64,000 bases of DNA from Candidatus Latescibacterota bacterium (GTDB lineage Bacteria; Latescibacterota; UBA2968; UBA8231): positions 4,864,001 to 4,928,000 of the forward strand of contig OZ242005.1 of NCBI GenBank assembly GCA_965204725.1. Reading direction: 5' to 3'. The number at the start of each line of letters is the position of its first letter. Within the stretch, counting starts at the first letter, position 1. This document shows positions 53,610-63,517 of the stretch, piece by piece. The notes under the pieces are model-generated. The model searched no databases. It was not told the DNA's origin and worked only from the letters and a program-made list of their open reading frames with translations. The translations under genes and the position numbers were made by a program.

Positions 53610-53864
53610 TTAGGGCAAGCGCAACAAGATCAGCGTCCCCAGCGCCACCAAGCTGGTTACTTGCATTCCAATCAACCAGCGGGTTAGCACGGAGATCTCT
53701 CGCCGCAGTTCGCTGCCTTGCGCGGCAATGGTTTGCTCGATGTGGTCTAAGCGGGTGTTGGTCTGGCGGCTTTGCGCGACGAATTGTTCGGCAGTGCCTT
53801 CTAGCTGGCTGAGGCGGCGGTCGTGGTCTTGCTCTTGGGTTAGGGGGAGGGGTTGTTCTGTCAT
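53610..53864 (-). CDS. Small coiled-coil protein with C-terminal TM (DUF1640-like), short paralog
   Basis: AAGGAG RBS; MTEQPLPLTQ...LTRWLIGMQVTSLVALGTLILLRLP; paralog at 59078. Confidence 0.7.
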   Translation of the reverse strand: MTEQPLPLTQEQDHDRRLSQLEGTAEQFVAQSRQTNTRLDHIEQTIAAQGSELRREISVLTRWLIGMQVTSLVALGTLILLRLP

Positions 53865-53960
53865 GGTTCGCTCCTTTGGTGGGAGGGTTCGGGGGGAAGG
53901 CCGGAGAGCGGTTCGGCCATACTTGCAAGATAAGGGAAAATGAGGGGGTGTGTCACGTCT

Positions 53961-54000
53961 AGAAAGAAAAATGGGGCCTCTGGCTGAGAGAGGCCCCATT
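53961..54000 (-). terminator. Intrinsic terminator of the large surface protein gene
   Basis: 12-bp stem AATGGGGCCTCT/AGAGGCCCCATT followed on the minus strand by a T-rich tract. Confidence 0.8.
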
Positions 54001-54020
54001 GCACGAACTTGGGGGGGCGG

Positions 54021-54046
54021 TGGATTCCCGCGTGCGCGGGAATGAC
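54021..54046. repeat. REP-like palindrome, short form (inverted)
   Basis: TGGATTCCCGCGTGCGCGGGAATGAC. Confidence 0.75.
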
Positions 54047-54082
54047 GGGCGGCGGCGGAACCGGCCCCCTGACGGATACTGG

Positions 54083-57000
54083 CTACTTGAGCAACAGCAT
54101 CTTTCTGACGGCGTGGAACTCGCCGCCGGCTTGCAAGCGGTAGAAGTAAATCCCCGCCGACAGGCTTTGGCCGTTGTCATTCGTCGCGTCCCAAGCGACT
54201 AGGTAGCGTCCGGCACTCTGATGCTCGGCCACCAGCGTCCGCACGACCTGACCGACGACATTATAGACCGTTAGCTGCACGTCCGCCGACTGCGGCAGGG
54301 CGTACTGGATCGTCGTCGCCGGGTTAAAGGGGTTCGGATAGTTGGTGGCGAGCGCGAAGGCGGTGGGGCGCGTTTGGAGCTGCATTGTTACGCTGGCACC
54401 TAGGGCGTCCGTAACCGTGTAGATGTAAACGGGGGAGCCTTCGGACTGCGGCGTCCCCGAAATCGTCTGCGTTGCAGCGTCAAACGACAAACCCGCCGGT
54501 AACTCTGGTGAAAGGGTGTAGGTCAGCGGGGCGGTGCCGCCGGTGGCTGAAGGCAGCGAGAAGGCAGTGACCGGCTGGCCGACAGCGAACTCGGGGATGG
54601 AAGCGTCGGCGTCGGCGGAAGCGGTTGGGACGAGCTTACCCGCGCCGAAGAATACGAGGTCGAAGGTTATCTCGGCGTTGACTGTGATGGAGAAGGTCAA
54701 CGTGGCGGAGGCACCGGTGCCGTCGGCGGCGGTGTACGTGATTTCGACAGGTTCGTCGGTGGCGGCGTCGGGGGTGCCGGAAAGGGTGCGGGTGGCAGCG
54801 TCGAAGGACAGGCCGGAAGGCAGGTCGGAGACGCTATACGCGATGTCGCCGACGCCGCCAACTGCGGCTGGGAGTTCCATAGCGCTGATCGCTGTACCGG
54901 CGGTGTACTCTTGGTCGTCAATGGATGTGCCGTCGGCGAAGGCGAGAGGGGTGGCTTCCGGGGGAAGCGGGGTCTCTGTGCCGTCGGCGAGCGTGATGTG
55001 GGCGGAGGCACTCGTTAGGCCCTCAGCAGAAGCGATGAGGGTGATCGTCTCGTTGCCTTCGTCCTCGTTGTCGGCGGTTGGGTCGATTAGGAACGTGAGG
55101 GAAGCGGAAGTCGAACCGGCCGGGATGACTAGCGAGGGATTGAACAACGCAGAGTAATCTAAATCGCGGGTGGCAGCCGACTCCGGATCAATGGAGAGGG
55201 TTACGGTTGCCGCGGCGTCGAGAGCTTTGCCGTCTAGCATGGCGGTGACGGTCAGTTGCGTTACGCCGGCGTCCTCGCTGAGGGTGTGGGGCGTTACCTC
55301 CAGCGACAGGGACGTGCTCGGCGTTTCGTCATCGGCGATCTTGATGTCCGTCCGTGCCGAGCCGCCCGAGGCCGACGCCTCCACCCCCAAGTACTTATTG
55401 CCATCAACCTCCGCGTTGTCGAGGGGGGTCAAGGTCAGCATCGTCCGGCCTTGCGTCTCGCCCGCCGCAATGACGACTGAGCCGCCTAGGACAGCGGTGT
55501 AATCGGCGTCGCGCACGGCTGGCGTCCCCGTGCTGGGAGCGGCAATCGTGAAGAGGATGGTCTCGGCTTTGGCTGAAGGAGCGGCCAACGTTGCCGTTAG
55601 GAGGATGGCGGTGGTCTCGCCGTTCTCGCGGATAGACGAATGGGTCGAGGTGATGCTGGCGACGCGCACGGTGGCGGGTGGGGCCGTGCCGATCTCAAAG
55701 GTCAGGCTGAGGACGGCGGTGTTGACTGGGTCGGGGGCGCTGTCGATGACGGTGTACACGACGGTGGCGTCGCCTGCCGTCAGCGGCGTGCCCGAGAGCG
55801 TCCGGGTTTCTGCGTCGAAGACCAGACCGGCGGGCAGGGTGGCGGACACGCTGTAGGTCTTGTCGCCAATGCCGCCGGTGGCCGCGGGTAGGACATACGG
55901 CTCAATGGCCGTGCCGACGACGTACTCAAACACGGTGGAGACGACGTCGACGTCCTCGTCGAAAACGAGGCCGCCCGGGGCTGTCTCTGGGTCGCCGTCT
56001 TTCAGGGTGATGACGGTTGTGGTGACCGTCACGTCCTCGTCGTCGTCGTTCTTGACCGGGCTTTTTAGGGCGGTTAGGCCGATCTTTTTGTCGCCGCCAG
56101 CGAGGGGGGTAACGGACACAGTGGTCGTGCCGCTGATCTCGCCAGCCGGGATCGTCAGCCCGCGCAAGATCGCCGTGTATTCGGTGTCGCGGGTGGCGGC
56201 TTTGTCGGCGTCTGTGTCGGTGGTGACGACTAAGACTATGTCCACGTCCTCGTCGAAGGATTGGCCGTCTAACGTGCCGGTGATCGTGACGTTGTTGGCG
56301 CCGGTGCCAGCCTTGACTTCGGCGGGACTGGCCGTCAGCATGATCTGTGTGCTCTGCGTCTCGTCATCTACAATGGTAATAGTCTCGGTGACCTCGGGGG
56401 CGTCGTCCGCGCTGCCGATTGTGGCGACTACGTTGAATGTCCGTGCGTCGTTCACCACCTCGTTATCGACCGGGGTGAGAACCAGCGTGGTTGAAGCGGA
56501 GGTTTGGCCTTCGGGAATGACGAGATCGCTCAAGACGGCCGTGTAGTCTATGTCGCGGCGACCCTCTTGCGGAGTGATGGTGAATGTCACCCGCGTATCC
56601 GCTGATGTGGCGGCCTTCAAGGTGACCTTCAGGGCGATTTCTTGCCGACCGGCTCCCTCGCGGATCGTTGAAGGCGTGGCGGTCAGGCCGTCGGTCGCGT
56701 CTTTGAAGGTGACAACGGGGGTGTCCGTTATCTTAAAGAAATGGGGGGGCAACTCAATATACTGCGGCAGTAAGCTTTCAACTAACACAAACCTCGGATT
56801 CGACGTAGGCCACTCATCGGGATGGTCAGCAGCCGGGGAGCCCCACGGAACAGTGGTGCTAAACTGAGGACCCCGGTCAGCGATCCAAGGCACCCTAGAT
56901 GGCTGATTGCCTGGAGGATATACCGCAGCCATCAGCAGGGCTCCGCTGTCGCGGTTGTCTTGGCGGGTGGCTGATCCTGCGACTACTTGGCCAAATAGGA

Positions 57001-58498
57001 TAAACTCACGAGCAATCCCGAAATTTTGTTGAACAGCATCCATCAAACTACCAAAGTTTATGGCAGCACCAGCGTTCGCAGCAGGATCAACCACCCCATT
57101 ACCGTTCAGGTCGACGCCGATTCTCGCTTCCCGAATAAGGCCGTCGCAGCGGCCATCAAAGTTGAGATCGTGTTGAGAGAGGGGGCCGGAGGTCGTGGGG
57201 GTACAGCCTAGACCTTCTTCTGAAAAGAAAACGGCGCGGTCGGGCCGTAGAGTCGAACTATCCTGATAACGATCCATTTTACTAAGAGCCAGCGAGTCGC
57301 TCATGTCCCCATCGAGGTTCAAGTCAATGCCGTTGACGACCAGCCGCTCCGTCCCCGCCGCGAGCGCGATGTAGCCAACCTTGCCTTTGGGATCGATGGT
57401 AATCGTCGCCTTCCCCGACGGCTTATTCCGGCGTATGGTTAGCGATGCGGACGTCGTCGAGTAATCCGTGTCGCGCGTCAGGATACTGTCCGCGGTAAAA
57501 CCCAACGGGAAAGCAGCGCGAGCGCAGTTTCCTCTATCGACGCAGCCAAGATCGACCTCCGAGCCTGTCTTAAAGGACAAAGTAAAGGTTTGGTCCGACC
57601 GCAGCGTACCGCCGTTTAAGGTCGCGGTCACGGTAACAGGAGTCGGCCCTGCGTCCTTGCTGAGACTCGCGGGCGAAAACGAAAAGTTTACCAGATTGGC
57701 TAGCTTTTCGTCGTCCGTTACGCGAATCTCCGTCTGCTTAACCGGCTCGCTACCGGCAAGGCCGTCAATTTTGATGATGAGATCGGGATAGCGGCGGTGG
57801 GGGCGGCTTTGGCGGGCTTGCCATTCTGTCAAGTCGCCAACATCAAAATAGTTGATGGAGAGATCGTCAAGGCCAAAAGGAATGGTGAAGTCATCATAGG
57901 TATTATAAAGACCGCGGTCGTCGTTATTGACCGGCGTGAGGATAATGGTGCCGGTCGCCTTTTTCTGGTCCTTCGGAATGACGAGCGTCGGCAGCGTGAT
58001 GGCGAATTGGCTATTGACATGGGCGCGACTATTGAGCCAGTCTTTCCAATCCCCCCCCGGCCTAATATTGGCCGCAATCGAACCTGTCCCTGTGTTCGCA
58101 GTGCCATAGGCCCACCACGGAGCGAGCGGGGCTATATAGTCCCCCCCCCCCGGGTACACAAGCACAACACGACCATGTTCATCTATTCTTCTTCTGCCGG
58201 AGTTGTCGGCGTTGCCGGGGAAGAGATTCCCTACTCCGTTGGGGAGGAGATTCGTTGCGGCACTTCTGAGAAACTTGGCCCCGAGTTTCAGGGACACCGC
58301 CGTATTTGCGGTTACTTTGGCGTCGCTTTCGGCGGTTACGGTAATTTCGGTTCGTCCGTCCTCCTCGCGTATCAGCGGTTTATCGACCGACAGCGTAATC
58401 GTCGCTGCCGCCGAGCCAGCCCACCCCAGCACCAAGCTAACAGCCAGTAACCAAAAGCCGAAGGAGTAGGGCCTCATAAGAGACTTTATAGGCGTCAT
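54083..58498 (-). CDS. Large secreted/surface protein with Ig-like repeats (Calx-beta-like and He_PIG-like) and FlgD-type tail
   Basis: Signal peptide; repeated ATRDxDY..L.IPAG..LTP.DN units; three LPAGLxFDAxTxTxSGTP-type units; NYPNPFNPATTI..RKMLLLK. Confidence 0.85.
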   Translation of the reverse strand: MTPIKSLMRPYSFGFWLLAVSLVLGWAGSAAATITLSVDKPLIREEDGRTEITVTAESDAKVTANTAVSLKLGAKFLRSAATNLLPNGVGNLFPGNADNSGRRRIDEHGRVVLVYPGGGDYIAPLAPWWAYGTANTGTGSIAANIRPGGDWKDWLNSRAHVNSQFAITLPTLVIPKDQKKATGTIILTPVNNDDRGLYNTYDDFTIPFGLDDLSINYFDVGDLTEWQARQSRPHRRYPDLIIKIDGLAGSEPVKQTEIRVTDDEKLANLVNFSFSPASLSKDAGPTPVTVTATLNGGTLRSDQTFTLSFKTGSEVDLGCVDRGNCARAAFPLGFTADSILTRDTDYSTTSASLTIRRNKPSGKATITIDPKGKVGYIALAAGTERLVVNGIDLNLDGDMSDSLALSKMDRYQDSSTLRPDRAVFFSEEGLGCTPTTSGPLSQHDLNFDGRCDGLIREARIGVDLNGNGVVDPAANAGAAINFGSLMDAVQQNFGIAREFILFGQVVAGSATRQDNRDSGALLMAAVYPPGNQPSRVPWIADRGPQFSTTVPWGSPAADHPDEWPTSNPRFVLVESLLPQYIELPPHFFKITDTPVVTFKDATDGLTATPSTIREGAGRQEIALKVTLKAATSADTRVTFTITPQEGRRDIDYTAVLSDLVIPEGQTSASTTLVLTPVDNEVVNDARTFNVVATIGSADDAPEVTETITIVDDETQSTQIMLTASPAEVKAGTGANNVTITGTLDGQSFDEDVDIVLVVTTDTDADKAATRDTEYTAILRGLTIPAGEISGTTTVSVTPLAGGDKKIGLTALKSPVKNDDDEDVTVTTTVITLKDGDPETAPGGLVFDEDVDVVSTVFEYVVGTAIEPYVLPAATGGIGDKTYSVSATLPAGLVFDAETRTLSGTPLTAGDATVVYTVIDSAPDPVNTAVLSLTFEIGTAPPATVRVASITSTHSSIRENGETTAILLTATLAAPSAKAETILFTIAAPSTGTPAVRDADYTAVLGGSVVIAAGETQGRTMLTLTPLDNAEVDGNKYLGVEASASGGSARTDIKIADDETPSTSLSLEVTPHTLSEDAGVTQLTVTAMLDGKALDAAATVTLSIDPESAATRDLDYSALFNPSLVIPAGSTSASLTFLIDPTADNEDEGNETITLIASAEGLTSASAHITLADGTETPLPPEATPLAFADGTSIDDQEYTAGTAISAMELPAAVGGVGDIAYSVSDLPSGLSFDAATRTLSGTPDAATDEPVEITYTAADGTGASATLTFSITVNAEITFDLVFFGAGKLVPTASADADASIPEFAVGQPVTAFSLPSATGGTAPLTYTLSPELPAGLSFDAATQTISGTPQSEGSPVYIYTVTDALGASVTMQLQTRPTAFALATNYPNPFNPATTIQYALPQSADVQLTVYNVVGQVVRTLVAEHQSAGRYLVAWDATNDNGQSLSAGIYFYRLQAGGEFHAVRKMLLLK

Positions 58499-58922
58499 TA
58501 TTCAACCTTTCGTTAGAAGTGTTTTTTTGAAATTGGGATTTGGCGACCTTGATTAAGCCGGCGCCGCAAAAATAGAGCCGTACAGACCACTACCAACCCG
58601 GCGCGAATAGAGCACCGCGCCTCAGTGCAGCGATCATCCGGCCCTCGATGGAACGTAAAGAGACTGTGGCTAACTGTGGATAATAGCTGAAAATGCGGGG
58701 GGGAGGGGGGGAGGTAACTGATTGTCTTTCAAGGAGTTACGACGAATTGTTAAGTCTTGAAATTGGAAGCAGGATCTGGTCATCGCGGCCGGCTGGCCCG
58801 CCGCCAACATCCTCTCATAATTCAGTTGATTTACCATCTTCCTGATTCGTCCCTGTTCATTCTGCTCATTCATAAAACACCAAAATATGCCGAAAAACCC
58901 CCGCCCGCAAAGGCCGCCCGTG

Positions 58923-59031
58923 TGTCCTGCTGAGCGAAGCCGAAGCATCTTTACATGCTTTCGAGGCCGTTATAAGGGATGTTCTGTATGGAGTGTTGGG
59001 TATGAGATACTTCGCTACGCTCAGTATGACA
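58923..59031. repeat. REPIN/MITE-like inverted repeat pair
   Basis: TGTCCTGCTGAGCGAAGCCGAAGCATCT and the inverted TGTCATACTGAGCGTAGCGAAGTATCT, about 55 bp apart. Confidence 0.6.
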
Positions 59032-59077
59032 GGAAGGCTGTGGTCGCGTCGCTGGCGACGTAGGGGCGGCGGCTAGA

Positions 59078-59590
59078 TCAGGGCAACCGCACCAAAATCA
59101 ACGTCCCCAACGCCACCAAGCTAGCGATTTGCATCCCAACCAACCACCGCGTCAGCACGTCAATCCGCCGACTTTGCACGGCAATCTCTTGCCGCAGGGC
59201 ACTCCCTTGCTCGGCGATGGTTTGCTCCACGCGGTCAAAGCGAGCGTTAGTCTGCTGGCCTTGTTCGGCGATCTCTTGCCGCAGTTCGCTGCCTTGGGCG
59301 TCGATACGGTTGCCTTGCTTGTCGATACGGATTCCTTGCGCGTCGATTGCTTGCCGCAGTTCGCTGCCTTGGGCGTCGATACGGTTGCTTTGCTCGGCGA
59401 TCTCTTGCCGCAGTTCGCGCCCTTGGGCGTCAATGCGGCTGCCTTGCTCGGCAATGGTTTGCTCCATGCGGCCTAAGCGGACGTTGGTCTCGCGGCTTTG
59501 CTCGACGAATTGTTCGGCAAGGCCTTCTAACCGGCCAAGACGGAGGTCGCGGCTTTGCGTTTGAGTAAGGGGGAGGGGTTGTTCCGTCAT
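59078..59590 (-). CDS. Coiled-coil repeat protein with C-terminal TM, long paralog
   Basis: AAAGGAG RBS; repeated RIDAQGSELRQEIAEQ units; same termini as 53610-53864. Confidence 0.75.
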   Translation of the reverse strand: MTEQPLPLTQTQSRDLRLGRLEGLAEQFVEQSRETNVRLGRMEQTIAEQGSRIDAQGRELRQEIAEQSNRIDAQGSELRQAIDAQGIRIDKQGNRIDAQGSELRQEIAEQGQQTNARFDRVEQTIAEQGSALRQEIAVQSRRIDVLTRWLVGMQIASLVALGTLILVRLP

Positions 59591-59719
59591 GATTCACTCC
59601 TTTCGAGTGAGGGGTTCGGGGGGCTGTTTGGGTATGGCCTGAGAGCGTTTGGGCCATACTTGCAAGATAAGTGAAAACGAGCGGCGCGTCACGTCAGGTG
59701 TTGGGGCAGGAGGCTTTTG

Positions 59720-59773
59720 TGGGTTGCCGCCCCGTGTCGGGGCACGGGGAGACGGTCTTTCGCGGGAAGGACG
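59720..59773. repeat. REP-like element, long form
   Basis: GCCCCGTGTCGGGGCACGGGGAGACGGTCTTTCGCGGGAAGGAC, matching 9952-10007. Confidence 0.6.
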
Positions 59774-59892
59774 AATCGAGTTCGGCCAGCCGCGCACCAA
59801 CCGCCCCGACCCTGAAAAGCAATCGCCGCACCTTGAGCCACCCGCTAGCCGCTCCGTATATTCTCAGCCCAATTCCAAACGAAAGTGCCTCT

Positions 59893-61065
59893 ATGATTCC
59901 GATCCGACTCATTCTGGCCGCCTGTCTGTTCTTTACCCCGGTCTCCGCAGCGAGCGAAGGTTTCCACGGCTTTGATCCAGCCACCTACGACGGGCTGATG
60001 CTCCCGCCGGCCGTGCTTCAGGCAATGGCCGCCGAAGCCGCGCAACACTCGCCCCCTAAAAACGGCCAAGCCCTAGTCTTTGGCTTCGCCAACCTACAGC
60101 GCGACATCAGCTTTGGCATCAAGGTGGAAAAGAGCATTGAGCGCAACGCGGCCGCGGCCGGCATCGAGCTGCTGATCGCCGACAATCGGCTCGACGGGCC
60201 GACCGCCTTGGCCAACGCCGAAAGCTTCGCCCGGCGTCAAGTTGACTTCTGCATCGAGTTCCAAACCGACGTGAACTTCGGCCCGGCGATCATGCAGCAC
60301 TTCAACCGCAAGCAGATCGGCGTGGTCGCCATCGACATCCCCATGCCGGGAGCCACCTACTTCGGGGCCAACAACCCCCGCTCGGGCTTTATGGGCGGCT
60401 CTTATCTAGCGCAGGCGGCCAAAACGCGCTTCGGCGACCGGGCACTCACCGAGGGGTACTTCGTCGTGGGCGAGCTGCCGCAGTCGGGCGCGATCCCCGC
60501 CATGCGCACCGAGGGCCAAATCGCCGGCTTCCTCGCCTCGCTACCCGGCTTTCCCTCCGAGCGCATCATCCGCATCGACACCAAAAACACGCTCCAGTAT
60601 TCCTTCCAACAGATGAGCAACGCGCTCGGCCGCATCCCCCAAGGCGCGCCAATCCTGATCACCGCCATCAACGACCAGTCGGTCTCCGGCATGTTGCGCG
60701 CCGTGCAGCAGCAGGGGCGTGGCGCAGACGCGCTGGTCGTCGGCAAGGGCGCCGATGAGTTGGAGACGATGGTCGCCGAGGAGCATTTCATCGCCTCGGT
60801 CGCCTATTTCCCCGAGCGCTACGGCAACTACCTCGTCCCGCTGAGCCTGATGCGCTTAGCAGGCCACGATGTGCCGCCGGCTGTCACCGTCAACCACGTA
60901 ATGATCAGCCCGGCCAACATCTGTCAATTCTACCCTGAATACGAATGCCAAGGCGAACCAGAATTCGACTACGTCTTCCCGCAGGCGGCCTTTGTCGAAC
61001 ACTTAGCCACGCTCAGGGACAAGCCCGAACTCGCTGGCTACGAGCAGTTGATTCCCGACCACTAG
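59893..61065 (+). CDS. Sugar ABC transporter substrate-binding protein (RbsB-like)
   Basis: Signal peptide; FGFANL, LLIADN, VVAIDIP..YFGANN..G, AINDQS; upstream of an ATPase and a permease. Confidence 0.85.
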   Translation: MIPIRLILAACLFFTPVSAASEGFHGFDPATYDGLMLPPAVLQAMAAEAAQHSPPKNGQALVFGFANLQRDISFGIKVEKSIERNAAAAGIELLIADNRLDGPTALANAESFARRQVDFCIEFQTDVNFGPAIMQHFNRKQIGVVAIDIPMPGATYFGANNPRSGFMGGSYLAQAAKTRFGDRALTEGYFVVGELPQSGAIPAMRTEGQIAGFLASLPGFPSERIIRIDTKNTLQYSFQQMSNALGRIPQGAPILITAINDQSVSGMLRAVQQQGRGADALVVGKGADELETMVAEEHFIASVAYFPERYGNYLVPLSLMRLAGHDVPPAVTVNHVMISPANICQFYPEYECQGEPEFDYVFPQAAFVEHLATLRDKPELAGYEQLIPDH

Positions 61066-61067
61066 CA

Positions 61068-62561
61068 ATGGGCCACACCGCACCCTTGTTGCAGATGGCG
61101 GGCATCTGCAAATCCTTTGGTCGCGCCCAAGTTTTGCGCGAGGTCGATCTCCGGTTAGACGCCGGGGAGGTTTTGGCACTGCTCGGAGCCAATGGAGCGG
61201 GGAAATCTACTTTGGTGAAAATCCTCTGCGGCGTGTACCGCCGCGACGCGGGCATCGTCCGCCTCAACGACCAAGCGGTGCGCTATGACCAGCCCGAAGA
61301 AGCCATCGGCCACGGCGTCCGCTTTTTGCCGCAGGAAGTATCGGTCCTCCCCGACCTCACGGTTGCCGAAAACATCCTCATCGCCGACCTGCCGCTCAAA
61401 CGCTCGTGGCTTGGCAAGAAGGTGGACCGCACCGCCCTGCACACCCAAGCGCGGACCCTGCTCGACCGGCTCGGCTGCGACCTCGACCCCGCCGCGCTGG
61501 TCCATCGGCTTTCCGCGCCGCACAAGCGTCTAGTAGAAATCGCCCGTGCCCTCGCCGGCCAAGCGCGGATTATCGTCATGGACGAGCCGACCGCGGCCCT
61601 TGCCGACCGCGAGGTCCAAACGCTCTTCGCCGTCATCGAGCGGCTCAAGCAGCAGCAGATCGGCATCATTTACATCTCCCACTACCTCGACGAGGTCTTT
61701 GAGATCGCCGACCGCATCACCGTGCTGCGCGACGGGCTAAACGCCGGCGACTTTGCCACGGCCACGGCTTCGCGGCGCGAAGTTCTCGACGCCATGCTCG
61801 GCACCACGGTGGACGAACTCTACCCGCCGCGCAGCGCGCACACCGGCGAGGTTGCGCTGGAGGTCGAAAATCTGAGCCTGCCCGACGCCCTCGACAGCGT
61901 GTCCTTCGCGCTCCACCGCGGCGAGATTTTCGGCGTCTTCGGCCTGCTCGGCTCGGGCATTGACCAGCTTGGCCGGGCCATCTACGGCGCATTGGGGCCG
62001 CTGCCCGGCGCCCGCCTCACCCTCGCGGGGGTCCCATATTTCCCGACCAACCCTCGCCGGAGCCGCGACGCTGGAATCGGTTTTGTAGCGGCCGAACGTC
62101 AGCGCGAAGGCATCGTCCCCGACCTCGGCGTCCGGGCCAATATCACCTTGCCCTTTATCGACCGCTTCGTGCGCTTGTTCTCCGTGTCCAAGCCGCGCGA
62201 AGCAAGCCACGCGCAAAGCTGGATTGACCGCCTAGGCATTCGCACCGCACACCTCGACCAACCCCTGCGCTTGCTCTCGGGCGGCAACCAGCAGAAGGTC
62301 TGCCTAGCTCGCTGGCTGGTCGAAGATCTGGCAGTACTCATCCTCGAAGAACCGACCCGAGGCGTCGATGTGGGTGCTCGCCACGAACTCTACCTAGCCC
62401 TGCGGCAGTGGAGCCAACGAGGACTTGCCGTACTCTTGATTTCCTCCGACGCCGAAGAAGTCGCCGGCGTCTGCGACCGTTCCATCGTCCTAGACCGCGG
62501 CCGAGTGGCCAGCCGCTTTTCCGGCGGCACGGCCCCAGCCGACTTGCTCCATATCCCATGA
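61068..62561 (+). CDS. Sugar ABC transporter ATP-binding protein (RbsA-like)
   Basis: GANGAGKST, MDEPTAAL, YISHYL, LSGGNQQKV, EEPTRGVDVGA. Confidence 0.93.
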   Translation: MGHTAPLLQMAGICKSFGRAQVLREVDLRLDAGEVLALLGANGAGKSTLVKILCGVYRRDAGIVRLNDQAVRYDQPEEAIGHGVRFLPQEVSVLPDLTVAENILIADLPLKRSWLGKKVDRTALHTQARTLLDRLGCDLDPAALVHRLSAPHKRLVEIARALAGQARIIVMDEPTAALADREVQTLFAVIERLKQQQIGIIYISHYLDEVFEIADRITVLRDGLNAGDFATATASRREVLDAMLGTTVDELYPPRSAHTGEVALEVENLSLPDALDSVSFALHRGEIFGVFGLLGSGIDQLGRAIYGALGPLPGARLTLAGVPYFPTNPRRSRDAGIGFVAAERQREGIVPDLGVRANITLPFIDRFVRLFSVSKPREASHAQSWIDRLGIRTAHLDQPLRLLSGGNQQKVCLARWLVEDLAVLILEEPTRGVDVGARHELYLALRQWSQRGLAVLLISSDAEEVAGVCDRSIVLDRGRVASRFSGGTAPADLLHIP

Positions 62562-63511
62562 ACATCGCCGCCTTATTGAACCGCTCCGGTGCGGGCGTCG
62601 CCTTGTTGTTGGTGTTCTACCTCTTGGTCGCCGGGCTTTTTAGCGTCCTCTCGCCTTGGTTTTTGTCCTTCGACAACATGATGAGCATTGGCGCCAACAT
62701 GGCCTTTATCGGCTTGATGTGCGCGTTGCAAACGCCGCTGATCATCGCTGGGGGGCTCGATCTGTCGGTGGCCGCGGTCGCCGGGCTAGCTGGGGTCGTC
62801 GTCGCGCTGCTCCACGCCGCGGGCGTCGGCATTTTCGCAGCCTGCCTCGTCGCCTTAGCGCTGGGCGGGGGCATCGGGCTGCTCAACGGCCTGCTGGCCG
62901 TGCGTCTCGGGCTCAATCCGCTCATCGCCACCTTGGGCACGATGAGCGTCATCGGCGGGCTGGCCCTCGTCTTGACCGGCGGGCTAACCAAACCCCTGAT
63001 GGAACCCGGTTTCAACTGGCTCGGCAGCGGCCAGCTCTTGCGGCTGCCGGTGCCGCTGGTGCTGATGCTGCTGATCTACATCGCGCTCGGCTGGGTCCTA
63101 GCGCGGACCCGATTTGGCCGCTTCGTCTATGCGGCCGGCAGCAACCCCGAGGCCAGCCGGCTCGTCGGCGTCCCCGTCGCCCGCACTCTGATGATCCTCT
63201 ACGTTCTCTCCGGCCTCAGCGGCGCGGTCAGCGGCCTAATTCTGGCGGCCATGCTCTACGCAGCGGCTCCCGACGCAGCCGGGCAGCATCTGTTGACGGT
63301 GATCGCGGCCGTCATCTTAGGCGGCACGAGTCTCTTTGGGGGGCGTGGCACGGTGTGGGGGACCTTGTTGGCGGTGCTCTTGCTCGGCACTCTCAACAAC
63401 GGGCTGACCCTGATGGATGTGTCTAGCTTCTGGCAGGATGTAACGCGCGGTGCGGTGCTCCTGTTGGCCGTCGGCCTCGACCAAGTTCGCACCCGCGCCG
63501 CAGGTGCTTGA
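62558..63511 (+). CDS. Sugar ABC transporter permease (RbsC-like)
   Basis: IIAGGLDLSV, TRFGRFVYAAGSNPEASRLVG, IAAVILGGTSLFGG. Confidence 0.93.
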   Translation: MNIAALLNRSGAGVALLLVFYLLVAGLFSVLSPWFLSFDNMMSIGANMAFIGLMCALQTPLIIAGGLDLSVAAVAGLAGVVVALLHAAGVGIFAACLVALALGGGIGLLNGLLAVRLGLNPLIATLGTMSVIGGLALVLTGGLTKPLMEPGFNWLGSGQLLRLPVPLVLMLLIYIALGWVLARTRFGRFVYAAGSNPEASRLVGVPVARTLMILYVLSGLSGAVSGLILAAMLYAAAPDAAGQHLLTVIAAVILGGTSLFGGRGTVWGTLLAVLLLGTLNNGLTLMDVSSFWQDVTRGAVLLLAVGLDQVRTRAAGA

Positions 63512-63517
63512 GCAGGC

